Below are positions 19,843 to 29,644 of a DNA stretch of 64,000 nt, piece by piece. The stretch covers positions 29,835 through 93,834 of the forward strand of contig JBDRJQ010000028.1 of assembly GCA_043814765.1 (NCBI GenBank), in the 5' to 3' direction. The position numbers and the translations under genes are program-made. This DNA is from Nanobdellota archaeon (GTDB lineage: Archaea; Aenigmatarchaeota; Aenigmatarchaeia; QMZP01). Numbering within the stretch: the stretch's first letter is position 1; every line of letters begins with the position of its first letter. Under the pieces are notes generated by a model. That model was not told the origin of the DNA and did not search any database. It saw nothing but the letters and a program-made list of their open reading frames with translations.

Positions 19843-20412
19843 ATGCCTAAAACATTCATAAAGTTTTTAGAGCCTTACGAAAATGGTTTAGTAAAGAAAG
19901 GACCGATAATAGCAGTGTCTGGTTTTATAGGCGTTGGCAAGACTACAGCAGCTAAGATGCTTAAGGATATCTTGGGATACAGATACTACTATCCTCCAAC
20001 ATTCAGAGGAAAAGCCATGCGAAAAAGACAACTGTTAACAGAAACTATAGAAGAAGCAAACACGGAAGAGTTTTATGAAATTGATATAAAGGCTCTGAAA
20101 AATTCCATGAAAGGCAAGATTGTGGTAGATTCCAGACTCAGCGCATGGGCACTGGGCAAGTGGGCTGACATAAGAATCTTTGTAAATTCTGAACCGGACA
20201 TAAGAATCCATAGATTCGCAAAAGGAAACAATTTAACTGTAGAACAGGCTGCAGACGAACTCAGGGAAAGAGAAAAATTTGAATTGTCTGAGTGGAGAAA
20301 ACTGTATAACATAGATTTCATGGATAAAAGAGTCTATACGCATGTTATTGACAACAACGATTCCAAAAATGATTTGAAGAATAAGCTAAGAAAAATAGTT
20401 AAGAAGCTTTAG
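19843..20412 (+). CDS. cmk: Cytidylate kinase (archaeal type)
   Basis: IAVSGFIGVGKTT P-loop, VVDSRLSAW, LYNIDF.D..VY..VID. Confidence 0.8.
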   Translation: MPKTFIKFLEPYENGLVKKGPIIAVSGFIGVGKTTAAKMLKDILGYRYYYPPTFRGKAMRKRQLLTETIEEANTEEFYEIDIKALKNSMKGKIVVDSRLSAWALGKWADIRIFVNSEPDIRIHRFAKGNNLTVEQAADELREREKFELSEWRKLYNIDFMDKRVYTHVIDNNDSKNDLKNKLRKIVKKL

Positions 20413-20669
20413 CCTGCAGCTTTCAAAAGAGCCCTTCTTCTTTCCACATCTATTGCTAAGAAGCTCCTGATCTCAGCATCAACCGTATCATCCATGTCAA
20501 TGGCTAGTTTGCTAACATCATCTTCATCATATTTCATAACATTGCCCAGAAGTCTTGAGAGTTCAACACTAGAGTATTCATCCATCGAATCTCTTATTGA
20601 TGATAAATAAGCTATTCTACCATCTTTTGGTAATTCTGAAAAACAACTATAACACATAACTTTTGTCAT
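20409..20669 (-). CDS. Hypothetical protein
   Basis: Clean 86 aa ORF with GGTGG RBS, directly downstream of the MNT-HEPN gene; N-terminal CxxC. Confidence 0.55.
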   Translation of the reverse strand: MTKVMCYSCFSELPKDGRIAYLSSIRDSMDEYSSVELSRLLGNVMKYDEDDVSKLAIDMDDTVDAEIRSFLAIDVERRRALLKAAG

Positions 20670-20678
20670 AAAACCACC

Positions 20679-21977
20679 TTATTGCGTGTCCAAAAATTTG
20701 TCTTCAGTCTTTATTTTCTTTCTCATTATGCGTCCTGCGTCTTGTATGAATTTTCTTACATACTCCCTGTTCATCATTATTTGCGACTTTGGCAGTTCAA
20801 GAACTTTGCCATCCTTAACCAAATCCTTCATTCTTGTTAGATCATTAAAAACATCAAAGTATTTTTCAGAAATAAGTCCTGTTTTTATGAGATGTTTTTC
20901 AAAGGCCTTTGGAATCATCTCATCTTTTGCAGGCAGTTTATTCATGGCTTTCAAAAGAGTGATAACAGTTTCTGACATAACAAGCTGTGATTTGTTTATC
21001 ATGTTTTCTCTTTTAAGCACTTCAATCTTGACTATGAGTTTTTGCATGCAACTAACGAATTTTTTGGCCTTTTCAATCCACTCGTCAAGAACTACACCTT
21101 CTATCGTGGTTTTTTCACGGTGCTCTATCTCTTTTCTGACGTCCAGTATGTCTTCAAGCATTTTCACATACTCTTCGTCTAGAAGCTTCATTTTAACAAG
21201 TGTTTTGCGCAGAACACTAGGCGCTTCGCTTGGTCTTGGCGGAGTCTTACCTAAGAACATCAGAACAGCCTGTGCTGATTCAAGCATGGCATAATAGCAG
21301 TCTTCAACAACCATGTAAATTTTAGCATTCTCAACGCGCTTGATTCTTTTTGGTCCCCGTTCAATATACTTCTCAACAGCCTCCCTGGATGGTTTTATTT
21401 CACCCATCTGAAGAAGCCGTTTAATAGGCATGAAAATGTCCTTATCGTACACAGGAACGCCTTCCCGTATGAAATTGAAAACAATGGGATGACCTATTCT
21501 AACCATGTTCCAGAACTCAGTTAGCATGTAAGGCTGCTGCACGGAGAGGTTTGGTGATAATTTCTTTGCTGTAGCAACCATCTCATCCTCAAGCTTTGCA
21601 CGCTCTCCTGGCGATATTCGATGGCGCGTATCATCAATTATAACAAAAACATCAATATCAGACTCCTCTTTAAACTCTTCGCGGGCAGTTGAACCGAACA
21701 GAACAATGGAGCGGATAATAGGTCCGTGCTTTTTTATAAGCTCTTTTGTAAAACTTTTTAGAATTTTAATTCTTTCTTTCTTGCCAATTTTTTCAGGTTT
21801 TTTCGGTTTTTTTTCCTCTGCAGGTTCCTTATCAAAAACCTCAGCCAGCTCAAGAAGCCTTTTTTCAGGTTTTTTTGCTGTGTGTTTTTGACGAGTTTTA
21901 TGTAAGGTTTTTGGTTTAGAAGATTTTTTAACGGTGGCTCTCTTCTTCTTTGTTTTCAGAGTTTTTTTCTTAGCCAT
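20679..21977 (-). CDS. Minimal nucleotidyltransferase-HEPN fusion protein
   Basis: LFGSTAR...SDIDV (pol-beta NTase GS-DxD); YYAMLESAQAVL and RKEIEH (HEPN Rx4H); Lys-rich N-tail. Confidence 0.85.
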   Translation of the reverse strand: MAKKKTLKTKKKRATVKKSSKPKTLHKTRQKHTAKKPEKRLLELAEVFDKEPAEEKKPKKPEKIGKKERIKILKSFTKELIKKHGPIIRSIVLFGSTAREEFKEESDIDVFVIIDDTRHRISPGERAKLEDEMVATAKKLSPNLSVQQPYMLTEFWNMVRIGHPIVFNFIREGVPVYDKDIFMPIKRLLQMGEIKPSREAVEKYIERGPKRIKRVENAKIYMVVEDCYYAMLESAQAVLMFLGKTPPRPSEAPSVLRKTLVKMKLLDEEYVKMLEDILDVRKEIEHREKTTIEGVVLDEWIEKAKKFVSCMQKLIVKIEVLKRENMINKSQLVMSETVITLLKAMNKLPAKDEMIPKAFEKHLIKTGLISEKYFDVFNDLTRMKDLVKDGKVLELPKSQIMMNREYVRKFIQDAGRIMRKKIKTEDKFLDTQ

Positions 21978-22045
21978 AATAAATCAATAGCAAGCCTGTT
22001 TAAAAAGGTTATTTTATTATTATTTTGCCTGTTTAAAAAAAGATT

Positions 22046-23848
22046 TTATCTCATCTCAGCTTTCTTCCAAACTTCTGCACGGCCCTTCTTTCTGGCTTCT
22101 GCAGACAGCAATCCCCATTCCTCTTCAGGCATTTCCAGCAAGTCTTTCATAGGTTCGTATGCATGATCGCGTATTATCTGCATCTGCCTCTGTACCATGC
22201 CTGATATCGGACCTTTCAAGCCAAAGAACTCCAGTGGCAGTTTTTCTGGTTCAACATCTTCTTCTAAATATTTTGCCATCATTCTTAAGGCCTCAACAGA
22301 GCGCTTGAACGGATCTTCTCCGCCACCGCGCTCAAACATTAGGAAAGCTGTTCCCTTTTTACCCAAGCCTGTTTTTCTCCAATGCCACAACAGTTCGTAA
22401 AGTTTTACATCACCCAACTCCACTGGCTCGTGCGGGTGCAAAGGATTTGGATGATTTGAATGCACTGATATGATGTATTCGCCAAAATCCGGTATTTCCT
22501 CTGCTGTTTCTTTTACTTCCAGCCATGCATCAAGTCCCTGTGAAGCTATATGTTCATGGTCTACAATTATAGCCACTTTATCGGTTTTTAGTGTTTTTCT
22601 TATAACTTTAACAGCAGCATAGATTTGCCTCAATCTCCAAAGAATAAACATTCCTGCATGAGAAGGATCCCTGGCATCAGGATTTTCTATTGCTATTACA
22701 AGGTTTTTTGCTATATCCTGCAGTTCTTTGCCATCATCATGTTTTGCAAGCTCGTTTTTAAAATCACCACTCATCCAGTCAAAAAGTTTTTTAATATGGC
22801 CCTCAAGATATTTTGCACCGACAACTGCATAGAAAAACTCTTTAAACTCCTTGTCGTTTTCTGTCTCTGCGCTTCTCCAAGCCCTTTCCAGCCATTCATT
22901 GTCGTTATAATCCAAACCATACCTGTTAAGAACATTCTTGTATAATTTAGCCATTTCTATCCACATAGGATCTTTATTGAAGAATAAATAATGAGCCATT
23001 ATATGGAAACCTTCCATTGTTTCTGTTCCCCTGAAATCTTCTGAATCCCATGCTTCGCCTTTTATTAGTTTATCTCTTACTTCGTTGTCAAGAAGTGTTG
23101 ATATTTCATCTGCTATTCTTTGAGCTTCAATTGACTGTATATTATTCTCTTTTTCTTTCAAATTATTAAACAGCTCTTCAAGCTGAAATCTAGCTTCTCC
23201 TGGTGTAATTTTGTCCTCCATTTGCAGCTGGTTTATTCTTGCCTTTTCGGTTTCTTCTTCCCGGCGAAGATCCCGCTTCATTTGTTCAAGTTCTCTTTCA
23301 AGCAGATTTTGTTTCAAGTTAAGATTCTGTATGTCATCTGAAGACAGTATATTGCGTGTAAACCCGCCTTGTCTGAGTTTGAATTTTATAAACCACTCTC
23401 TAAGAGGTTCAGATTCACTTAATATATTGGAAATGAATTTGCCTTCGTGGTCTACAAAAGATGATGTCAACTTGCGTCCGGCGTAAGTCATCAGCTCCAT
23501 CCATATGTTCAAACAAGCATGGAAGTCTATGTATCCTGCGCCTGCATGAACAGCAGAACGAACTGATTTCTGCATTCTGTCTTGAGCATCTCTCCACTCT
23601 GTTCTTTCTGGTATGCAGAGAGGAACCATGAGATCTCCGTGAAGATTTAAATCCACTTTTTGTTTTTTTGCCATGTGGCGCATTTCTCTTCCATGGGTGT
23701 AAGGAATCTCATAGGCAACATCTGCAGCTATCTCCATTGCAGACACTCCGCGGGTGATAACATAGCCAAGTTTTTTTATAGGTGTGGCTAGCTCTTCAGA
23801 CCTTGCTGCAGTATAAATTCCCGAAGTTACGCCAACCCTTAATGGCAT
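22046..23848 (-). CDS. AP-endonuclease-2/xylose-isomerase-like TIM-barrel metalloprotein with a large helical insertion
   Basis: LNLHGD, IDFHA, IAIENP, VDHEH, SVHSNH, HPHEP, MFERG metal-ligand pattern. Confidence 0.65.
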   Translation of the reverse strand: MPLRVGVTSGIYTAARSEELATPIKKLGYVITRGVSAMEIAADVAYEIPYTHGREMRHMAKKQKVDLNLHGDLMVPLCIPERTEWRDAQDRMQKSVRSAVHAGAGYIDFHACLNIWMELMTYAGRKLTSSFVDHEGKFISNILSESEPLREWFIKFKLRQGGFTRNILSSDDIQNLNLKQNLLERELEQMKRDLRREEETEKARINQLQMEDKITPGEARFQLEELFNNLKEKENNIQSIEAQRIADEISTLLDNEVRDKLIKGEAWDSEDFRGTETMEGFHIMAHYLFFNKDPMWIEMAKLYKNVLNRYGLDYNDNEWLERAWRSAETENDKEFKEFFYAVVGAKYLEGHIKKLFDWMSGDFKNELAKHDDGKELQDIAKNLVIAIENPDARDPSHAGMFILWRLRQIYAAVKVIRKTLKTDKVAIIVDHEHIASQGLDAWLEVKETAEEIPDFGEYIISVHSNHPNPLHPHEPVELGDVKLYELLWHWRKTGLGKKGTAFLMFERGGGEDPFKRSVEALRMMAKYLEEDVEPEKLPLEFFGLKGPISGMVQRQMQIIRDHAYEPMKDLLEMPEEEWGLLSAEARKKGRAEVWKKAEMR

Positions 23849-23856
23849 ACAAACAC

Positions 23857-25401
23857 CTAAGTTGCTCCCATCAGACTTTTTATATGACCTAGCATTTCGC
23901 CAAAAGCGGATCCTGAATTGACAAGATACACTTTTGTTATCCTTTCAGCGAAATTGCTTTCATACGGTCCTTTTTTAACAAAAAGGCCGCCGAATTTTTT
24001 CATGCCGCTTCCTGCTCCAGAAAATGGTTTCTTTTTTTCGGTTTTTTTTATTTTTTCCTTGCCTTCATACTCGCTTTCTAATCTTTCCCTTATCTCATCT
24101 TCAAGATTTTTTGATCCAACAAGCTCTTCAACATATCTCTTGAAATGTTCATTGCGTGCATGAAGTTCTATAAGATGGCAAAGCAGAACATTCTGGGAAA
24201 TCACCCAAGTTTCAAGTGGCCAGAACATTATGTTTTCCAGTTCGCCTCCTTCTGGCGGAGGAGTTTTTATTATGGTTCTTGCAATCTTCATGTCAAACAT
24301 CTGGTAATAAAGATACCTCGGATCCATTCTTGTTTGAGACATCTCATATTGTTTTTTATCATGAAGACCTTCTGTTATAGCGTTATTCTTTATGTCTTCT
24401 ACATCCTTATCAGTGATAGGCACTTTGTATTTTTCCGCTATTTTCTTTTTCCAGTATCTGACAAAATCATCATACGGATCTATCAACCACTTGCCCTTTT
24501 TCGGTACAAATTCTGGTTTGCCGGTTTCTTTGAGTTCAAACGGTTTCCATACCCACAAACGGACACCTGTAAAAGCAACAGCCTGAGAAAATCCTGGCGT
24601 CATTAGATAATCCTGACTAAACACTTCTGGACGTGCTTCTGTGGCTTCCCTCATCATCCTGTATCTCGCAACATAAGGCTTCAGCCAGTTTTTGTATTCC
24701 TCAACCGATTTCTCGCGAGATTTAACCATGTTTTCTATTCTGGCAAGCCTTTCCTTGACTGTTGGAAAGAACAGCTCTTTCCACTCAAGGTAAAGTTCAT
24801 TTTTTGTCTTCAGCACAGTAGCCTCTGCCTGGCTCACATCAATCTCTTTTCTTATTTCATCTACAGTCTCTAGCTCCTTTCCTCCAAGCCGTATGAAGTC
24901 TGTTATTATCGTGGGCCATCTCTTTGTCATGGTAACCAATGAAAATCCTTCACCGGTATAAGCGTCAACCCTGTCAATGAAAAGAGAGCGAAGCACATGA
25001 TCATCTTTCTTGCCTTTTTTGAAGTAATCCCAGATTTCTCTGTATCTTCTATGATCATGCTTTAAAAGTTCAAAATCTGCAACAGCCTGAGCAGCTGATG
25101 CTAAACCAGTTTTAATAGCTCCTTCCAGCTTCTGCTTCTGGGCAATTGTGAGATTGTAAGTATCCACATGAGTTGGCGATACTTCCATATACTCATCAAC
25201 CTTTACAACATTGTAATCTTGCTTGGGCAACCAGAAAACCAACCCATAGTAAAGGTTTGATGCGCCACCCATTTTAGTTGTGTAGTCTATTGTTATTCCC
25301 TGATTCTCAGGCCTTATTGACATGGCAGTACCTAGAAGGTCAAAGGGTTTAGTTCTAGTTTTATCATGAAGTTCATCCATCACTGTTTTTTCCCAAACCA
25401 T
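23857..25401 (-). CDS. Hypothetical soluble helical protein (514 aa)
   Basis: Long ORF with host-like codon use, tightly spaced in an operon. Confidence 0.8.
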   Translation of the reverse strand: MVWEKTVMDELHDKTRTKPFDLLGTAMSIRPENQGITIDYTTKMGGASNLYYGLVFWLPKQDYNVVKVDEYMEVSPTHVDTYNLTIAQKQKLEGAIKTGLASAAQAVADFELLKHDHRRYREIWDYFKKGKKDDHVLRSLFIDRVDAYTGEGFSLVTMTKRWPTIITDFIRLGGKELETVDEIRKEIDVSQAEATVLKTKNELYLEWKELFFPTVKERLARIENMVKSREKSVEEYKNWLKPYVARYRMMREATEARPEVFSQDYLMTPGFSQAVAFTGVRLWVWKPFELKETGKPEFVPKKGKWLIDPYDDFVRYWKKKIAEKYKVPITDKDVEDIKNNAITEGLHDKKQYEMSQTRMDPRYLYYQMFDMKIARTIIKTPPPEGGELENIMFWPLETWVISQNVLLCHLIELHARNEHFKRYVEELVGSKNLEDEIRERLESEYEGKEKIKKTEKKKPFSGAGSGMKKFGGLFVKKGPYESNFAERITKVYLVNSGSAFGEMLGHIKSLMGAT

Positions 25402-25405
25402 GCTA

Positions 25406-25579
25406 TCATCCTATGAATATTAAAATTGCACCCAATATTGCGAATATAAATCCTAAAACAACTCCTACTGTAGCCATTTCCTTTGTTTGGTAATCTAATG
25501 CACCAGGAAAAAAGAAAATCATGTATCCTCCCAAAACCAGTAATATTGCACCTATTAACAAACCAAGCCAACCAAACAT
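25406..25579 (-). CDS. Small two-TM protein (57 aa; not in the ORF track)
   Basis: Manual translation MFGWLGLLIGAILLVLGGYMIFFFPGALDYQTKEMATVGVVLGFIFAILGAILIFIG; ends 4 nt before the next start. Confidence 0.75.
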   Translation of the reverse strand: MFGWLGLLIGAILLVLGGYMIFFFPGALDYQTKEMATVGVVLGFIFAILGAILIFIG

Positions 25580-25637
25580 ATTAATTAATATTATGTCTGC
25601 TTAATTATATAATATATTGATTTAGGAGAATGTTATC

Positions 25638-26153
25638 ATGGTCTTTGCAAGAACCAAACTAATGCTACAAGATAATTGCTTCGATAAGGAGCCTGGAGAA
25701 CTAGAGTTAAATTATGTCGGACCCAATCCGCAAAAACTCTACAAAACTATGTTCGACGTAGCAAAAACCGTTTTTATGGTTCCAGACAGCGATTTGCAAG
25801 AAGAAAGATTCACATGGGGTAAAAAAGAAACAGAAAAATTCAAGTCAAGATTATGGGTTAACAAGGATGTGGATAAATTTACTCATATGTTTGTTAGACT
25901 AGATTTTTCTGGGCAGGGAACAGAAAAAACCGGTAATGCAACAATAAGGATAAAACCTGTCATTAGAACAGAGTATCCGCAAGATACTGTCTGGCAGAGA
26001 TCTATTTTTTATGAACTCATTAGAACGCTTTGGCACAACGTGTTTTATCATCAGAAAAGAGCAGATTACACAGAAGAGTGCAGACACTATACCTTTTTAT
26101 TTCAGAAAAAAATGCAGCAGGCGTTCAAGAAATTAAAAGAGCAGTATGGATAA
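25638..26153 (+). CDS. Hypothetical protein, paralogue of the downstream gene
   Basis: AGGAG RBS; shares D(N/D)C...Y.G.(N/D)P...W...G..T.RI...RT pattern with 26165..26671. Confidence 0.75.
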   Translation: MVFARTKLMLQDNCFDKEPGELELNYVGPNPQKLYKTMFDVAKTVFMVPDSDLQEERFTWGKKETEKFKSRLWVNKDVDKFTHMFVRLDFSGQGTEKTGNATIRIKPVIRTEYPQDTVWQRSIFYELIRTLWHNVFYHQKRADYTEECRHYTFLFQKKMQQAFKKLKEQYG

Positions 26154-26164
26154 TTGGTGATGTA

Positions 26165-26671
26165 ATGGGAAAGATTGAGATTGTTGATGATTGCCTAGCT
26201 CCTTCCAGATATATCTATATGCAGTACACTGGTACTGATCCATACGGTGTTGCTAAAAAAATAGCTGACTCTTTAACAGAGTTTTATCAAATAAGCGGAG
26301 CAGGCATGTGCCAAACATATTTTATGTGGGATGACTCTTCTGATCCTAGGGGATTTTATTTCAGATGGTGGGTCAAAAAATCTATTGGTGGAAGATTTTC
26401 AACAATGTGGAATTATATCTGGGTTAGGGGTGAAGTATCAAAAGAAGACAACCAGGGTCATTTCACTTTGAGAATCCATGGTGATCTGAGAACTACCTTT
26501 GAAGGGCATGGACCAATTTTAAATACGTTGTGGCATCTTTATAGTTTTTTCTTCTACAATAAAGTGCGCAGGAAATACATAGATTTTTGCAGAAAAACTG
26601 CATTGGATTTTAGAAATGAGATGAGAGAGCACTATAACCTTGAAATAGCTATTGAGCATGGTGAGCGTTAA
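26165..26671 (+). CDS. Hypothetical protein, paralogue of the upstream gene
   Basis: GGTGA RBS before ATG 26165 (MGKIEIVDDCLAP...). Confidence 0.75.
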   Translation: MGKIEIVDDCLAPSRYIYMQYTGTDPYGVAKKIADSLTEFYQISGAGMCQTYFMWDDSSDPRGFYFRWWVKKSIGGRFSTMWNYIWVRGEVSKEDNQGHFTLRIHGDLRTTFEGHGPILNTLWHLYSFFFYNKVRRKYIDFCRKTALDFRNEMREHYNLEIAIEHGER

Positions 26672-28462
26672 TTAGCCGACATAAAAGTATTGGCCATTTC
26701 TTTTTTGTTCGGTATCTTTTTGTGAATCAGGTTTATTGGCTCGAGGCCTACCGGTTACTGGATCACGCCTATAAGTGATACCAAGATCTTTGAGTAATTG
26801 GTTCATGCCTGAAGCTAGTTTGCATGGTTCATTGCCTGTTCCTTTAACACCTCTATTGCCTTCAAAAACCATTAACCTGTCTGAAACAGCATCAATGAAT
26901 TGCAAATCATGATCGACAATAAAACATGATATTTCTTTATTTTCAGCGTAACTGCGTAGTATTTTTGCTACATTCAATCTCTGTTCTACATCAAGGAAAG
27001 CAGAAGGTTCGTCCAAAAGCAATAGGTCTGCGTCTCGTGAAAGAGCGCATGCTACAAAAACGCTCTGAAGCTCTCCACCAGAAAGCGAGTTTATATTGCG
27101 CTCCATTAGCTTCTCAACACCCAAATCAAAAAGAATTTTTTTGTTTTCCTGTGATAATTTGACTTCTTCGTGTCTTACAAACTCTAAAACAGACATTGTT
27201 TTTTCTTCCTTGGATAAAATTATTCGCTGTGGTTTGTAGGATATTTTTAGTTTTTTAGGAGCTTCACCAATATCAGGTTTAAGTTCTCCAGCCAGCATTT
27301 TAATGAACGTGGTTTTTCCTATGCCGTTTGGACCAACAATGCCTATTATTTCACCAGAATAAAGGTTTCCTTTCCTTGTCTCTAAAGAGAAGCCTGTGAA
27401 CTTTTTCTCAAAAGCAGGATATTCTAAAAATATTTTATTCTTATCCATGCTTTTTGCTCTTTTAGCAAAAACAATCGGCTCTTTTCTGAAGCGCATGTTC
27501 TCTTCTCTGATATACCCTTCAAGATACGTGTTTATGCCAACACGCACACCGTAAGGGTTTGAAACAACGCCGAAAACACCGGGGTTACCATACAGTATGT
27601 GAGTGTAATCTGCCAGATAATCAGCAACAGCAAGATCATGCTCTACAACCATAACAAAGGCTTTTTCTGATAAGGAACGAATCTCTTTTGCTACTAGAAG
27701 TCTTTCGTATGCATCTAGATAGCTTGATGGCTCATCAAAAAAATAAAAATCTGCATCCTTGGATATTGTTGCTATTATAGATAGCAGCTGCAGTTCACCG
27801 CCAGACAACTTGTCTATGTTCTTGTTTATGATGTTTTCTGCGTTTAATCTCTTTAAAATACCAGCCAGTTTTTTCTTATTGTCAATTTTTTCCAATAACT
27901 GCTTTACAGAACCTTTCCACATATTTGGAATCAAATCTATTTTCTGCGGCTTGTAAGCTGCTTTGATTTTTTTCTGCGAGAGTCTTTCCAAGTAATCATG
28001 TAATTCTGTTCCCTTGAATTTATTTATTATATCTTGCCATGGAACTTCTCCCTTGAAAACACCTGTATTGGGCTTGAAGTTTCCAGACAGTATATTCATG
28101 ACAGTGGACTTGCCAACACCATTTGGTCCGACAAGACCAACCACTGCGTTGAGTTTCGGAACAGGTAATCGATAGAGTGTGAACATGTTTTTTCCGTACC
28201 TATGTATTGGCGTCTCTTTTAGCTGTTCTGGCAAGTTGACAATAACAATTGCGTTTTTAGGGCACTTTTTTGTACATATCTGGCAGGCAATGCAAAGATT
28301 CTCGTCAATAAGTGGCTTTTTGTCAGCATCCAAAACAGTTATGCAATCTTCTCCAGACCGGTTTATAGGGCAGACCTTTTGGCACAAGTAGAATCCACAA
28401 GCCTTGGGGCTGCATAAATCTCTGTCCAGAACTGCAATTCTTTTTACTCTTTTATTCACCAT
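26672..28462 (-). CDS. Ribosome recycling ATPase ABCE1 (Rli1)
   Basis: N-terminal 2x[4Fe-4S] cysteines (C.PKAC...C..VCP, CIACQICTKKCP), two ABC domains with LSGGELQ, GRPRANK. Confidence 0.97.
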   Translation of the reverse strand: MVNKRVKRIAVLDRDLCSPKACGFYLCQKVCPINRSGEDCITVLDADKKPLIDENLCIACQICTKKCPKNAIVIVNLPEQLKETPIHRYGKNMFTLYRLPVPKLNAVVGLVGPNGVGKSTVMNILSGNFKPNTGVFKGEVPWQDIINKFKGTELHDYLERLSQKKIKAAYKPQKIDLIPNMWKGSVKQLLEKIDNKKKLAGILKRLNAENIINKNIDKLSGGELQLLSIIATISKDADFYFFDEPSSYLDAYERLLVAKEIRSLSEKAFVMVVEHDLAVADYLADYTHILYGNPGVFGVVSNPYGVRVGINTYLEGYIREENMRFRKEPIVFAKRAKSMDKNKIFLEYPAFEKKFTGFSLETRKGNLYSGEIIGIVGPNGIGKTTFIKMLAGELKPDIGEAPKKLKISYKPQRIILSKEEKTMSVLEFVRHEEVKLSQENKKILFDLGVEKLMERNINSLSGGELQSVFVACALSRDADLLLLDEPSAFLDVEQRLNVAKILRSYAENKEISCFIVDHDLQFIDAVSDRLMVFEGNRGVKGTGNEPCKLASGMNQLLKDLGITYRRDPVTGRPRANKPDSQKDTEQKRNGQYFYVG

Positions 28463-28494
28463 AATAAAGTTATTGTATTGTTTGTTTTTAAGCT

Positions 28495-28593
28495 CTATAT
28501 ATCCCTATAGATTGACATAAACAAAAACAATGTGTCAGGAGTTTTTTCTGGTGTCGGTTCAGAAGTAGTTGTTTTGGATTCTGTTTCTGTCAT
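28495..28593 (-). other. Possible 32 aa micro-ORF or gene relic
   Basis: AAAGGA RBS-like then MTETESKTTTSEPTPEKTPDTLFLFMSIYRDI*; ends within the repeated 24 bp element. Confidence 0.25.
28496..28519 (+). repeat. 24 bp dispersed intergenic element, copy 1
   Basis: TATATATCCCTATAGATTGACATA; 23/24 identical to the reverse complement of 35825..35848. Confidence 0.8.
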
Positions 28594-28783
28594 TTTCGTT
28601 TTTTCCTTTATTTTCTAATGAAATGATATTGTGTTCTAATCCACTAACAATGTTACGCTATATTAAGCATAAAACGCAACTCATTGTAATATTCTATCAG
28701 TATGAAACTATTCGTTAATACCTGTTATGCTAATGTTTAAAAGCTTATCTTTATAAGGAAATTGAGACAAATATCTAAGTAGT

Positions 28784-29587
28784 ATGAAAACAGATCACGG
28801 CAAGTTACTAAAGGATTCATTAAAATTTGCAGTAAAACCAGAGAGATGGCTACCTTTTTTTATAACAGATTTCTTGGCTTGCACAGTAGCTCTATTTTAC
28901 ATCCTGTTCAATGCTCCTGCAATCGTAAGCTTGATGAATTCAACAAATGGAATGGCAGTGCTTGGAGGACTAGTGCAGTCTGGTTTGGTTTTATTCACGG
29001 TTTTCATTGTATGGATTTTAATAAGATTATGGTTGCAAACATCAGTAGTTCATCAAAGCTACAAAGAAAAACAATATAATCAAAGCTTCAAAATTGGTTA
29101 CAAAAAACTGCCTTCTGTGTTGGCAGCAGTAATAATTATAGGGTTTATAGGAACACTGGTCAGCGTTATACCTTTCTTTGGCGTCATACTGGCTATATTG
29201 GTAGGGATAATGTTTTTCTTTGCAATGCAAGCAATTGTTGTTGGAAACTATGGATTTTATGACGCAATGATGAAGTCATATAAAATATTCAGAAAGAAGC
29301 CGTTTGAAGTTATAGTTGCATGGTTTATAATAAGTCTGGTAAGCTTCTTTATTACAACAGCATTTGCTATACCAATTTCAACACTTTTCATCAATGTGCT
29401 TATTTCAATGGTTTCCCAGTCAGGCTCTATGGTATCCGGTGCTCTATTGTCTTCATATGTAGTTAATCTGGTACAGGCGTACCTTCCTGTTGTAATAATA
29501 ACAGGCATAGTAGCTCTAATAGGTTTTGCCATAGCAAACGTTTTCTCATTAAAAGCCCAAACAGAGTATTATCTTAAAATGAAATAA
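28784..29587 (+). CDS. Hypothetical polytopic membrane protein
   Basis: About 6 hydrophobic helices. Confidence 0.75.
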   Translation: MKTDHGKLLKDSLKFAVKPERWLPFFITDFLACTVALFYILFNAPAIVSLMNSTNGMAVLGGLVQSGLVLFTVFIVWILIRLWLQTSVVHQSYKEKQYNQSFKIGYKKLPSVLAAVIIIGFIGTLVSVIPFFGVILAILVGIMFFFAMQAIVVGNYGFYDAMMKSYKIFRKKPFEVIVAWFIISLVSFFITTAFAIPISTLFINVLISMVSQSGSMVSGALLSSYVVNLVQAYLPVVIITGIVALIGFAIANVFSLKAQTEYYLKMK

Positions 29588-29644
29588 AATCTCGGCCAGG
29601 ATGCTGAACATTAATTATATTAACCTGTTTTACAAGTTTTAACC

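Noticed and set aside
21994..22039. GCCTGTTTAAAAA direct repeat
   Set aside because: Explained as duplicated TATA-like/terminator sequence on the minus strand; too short to support more
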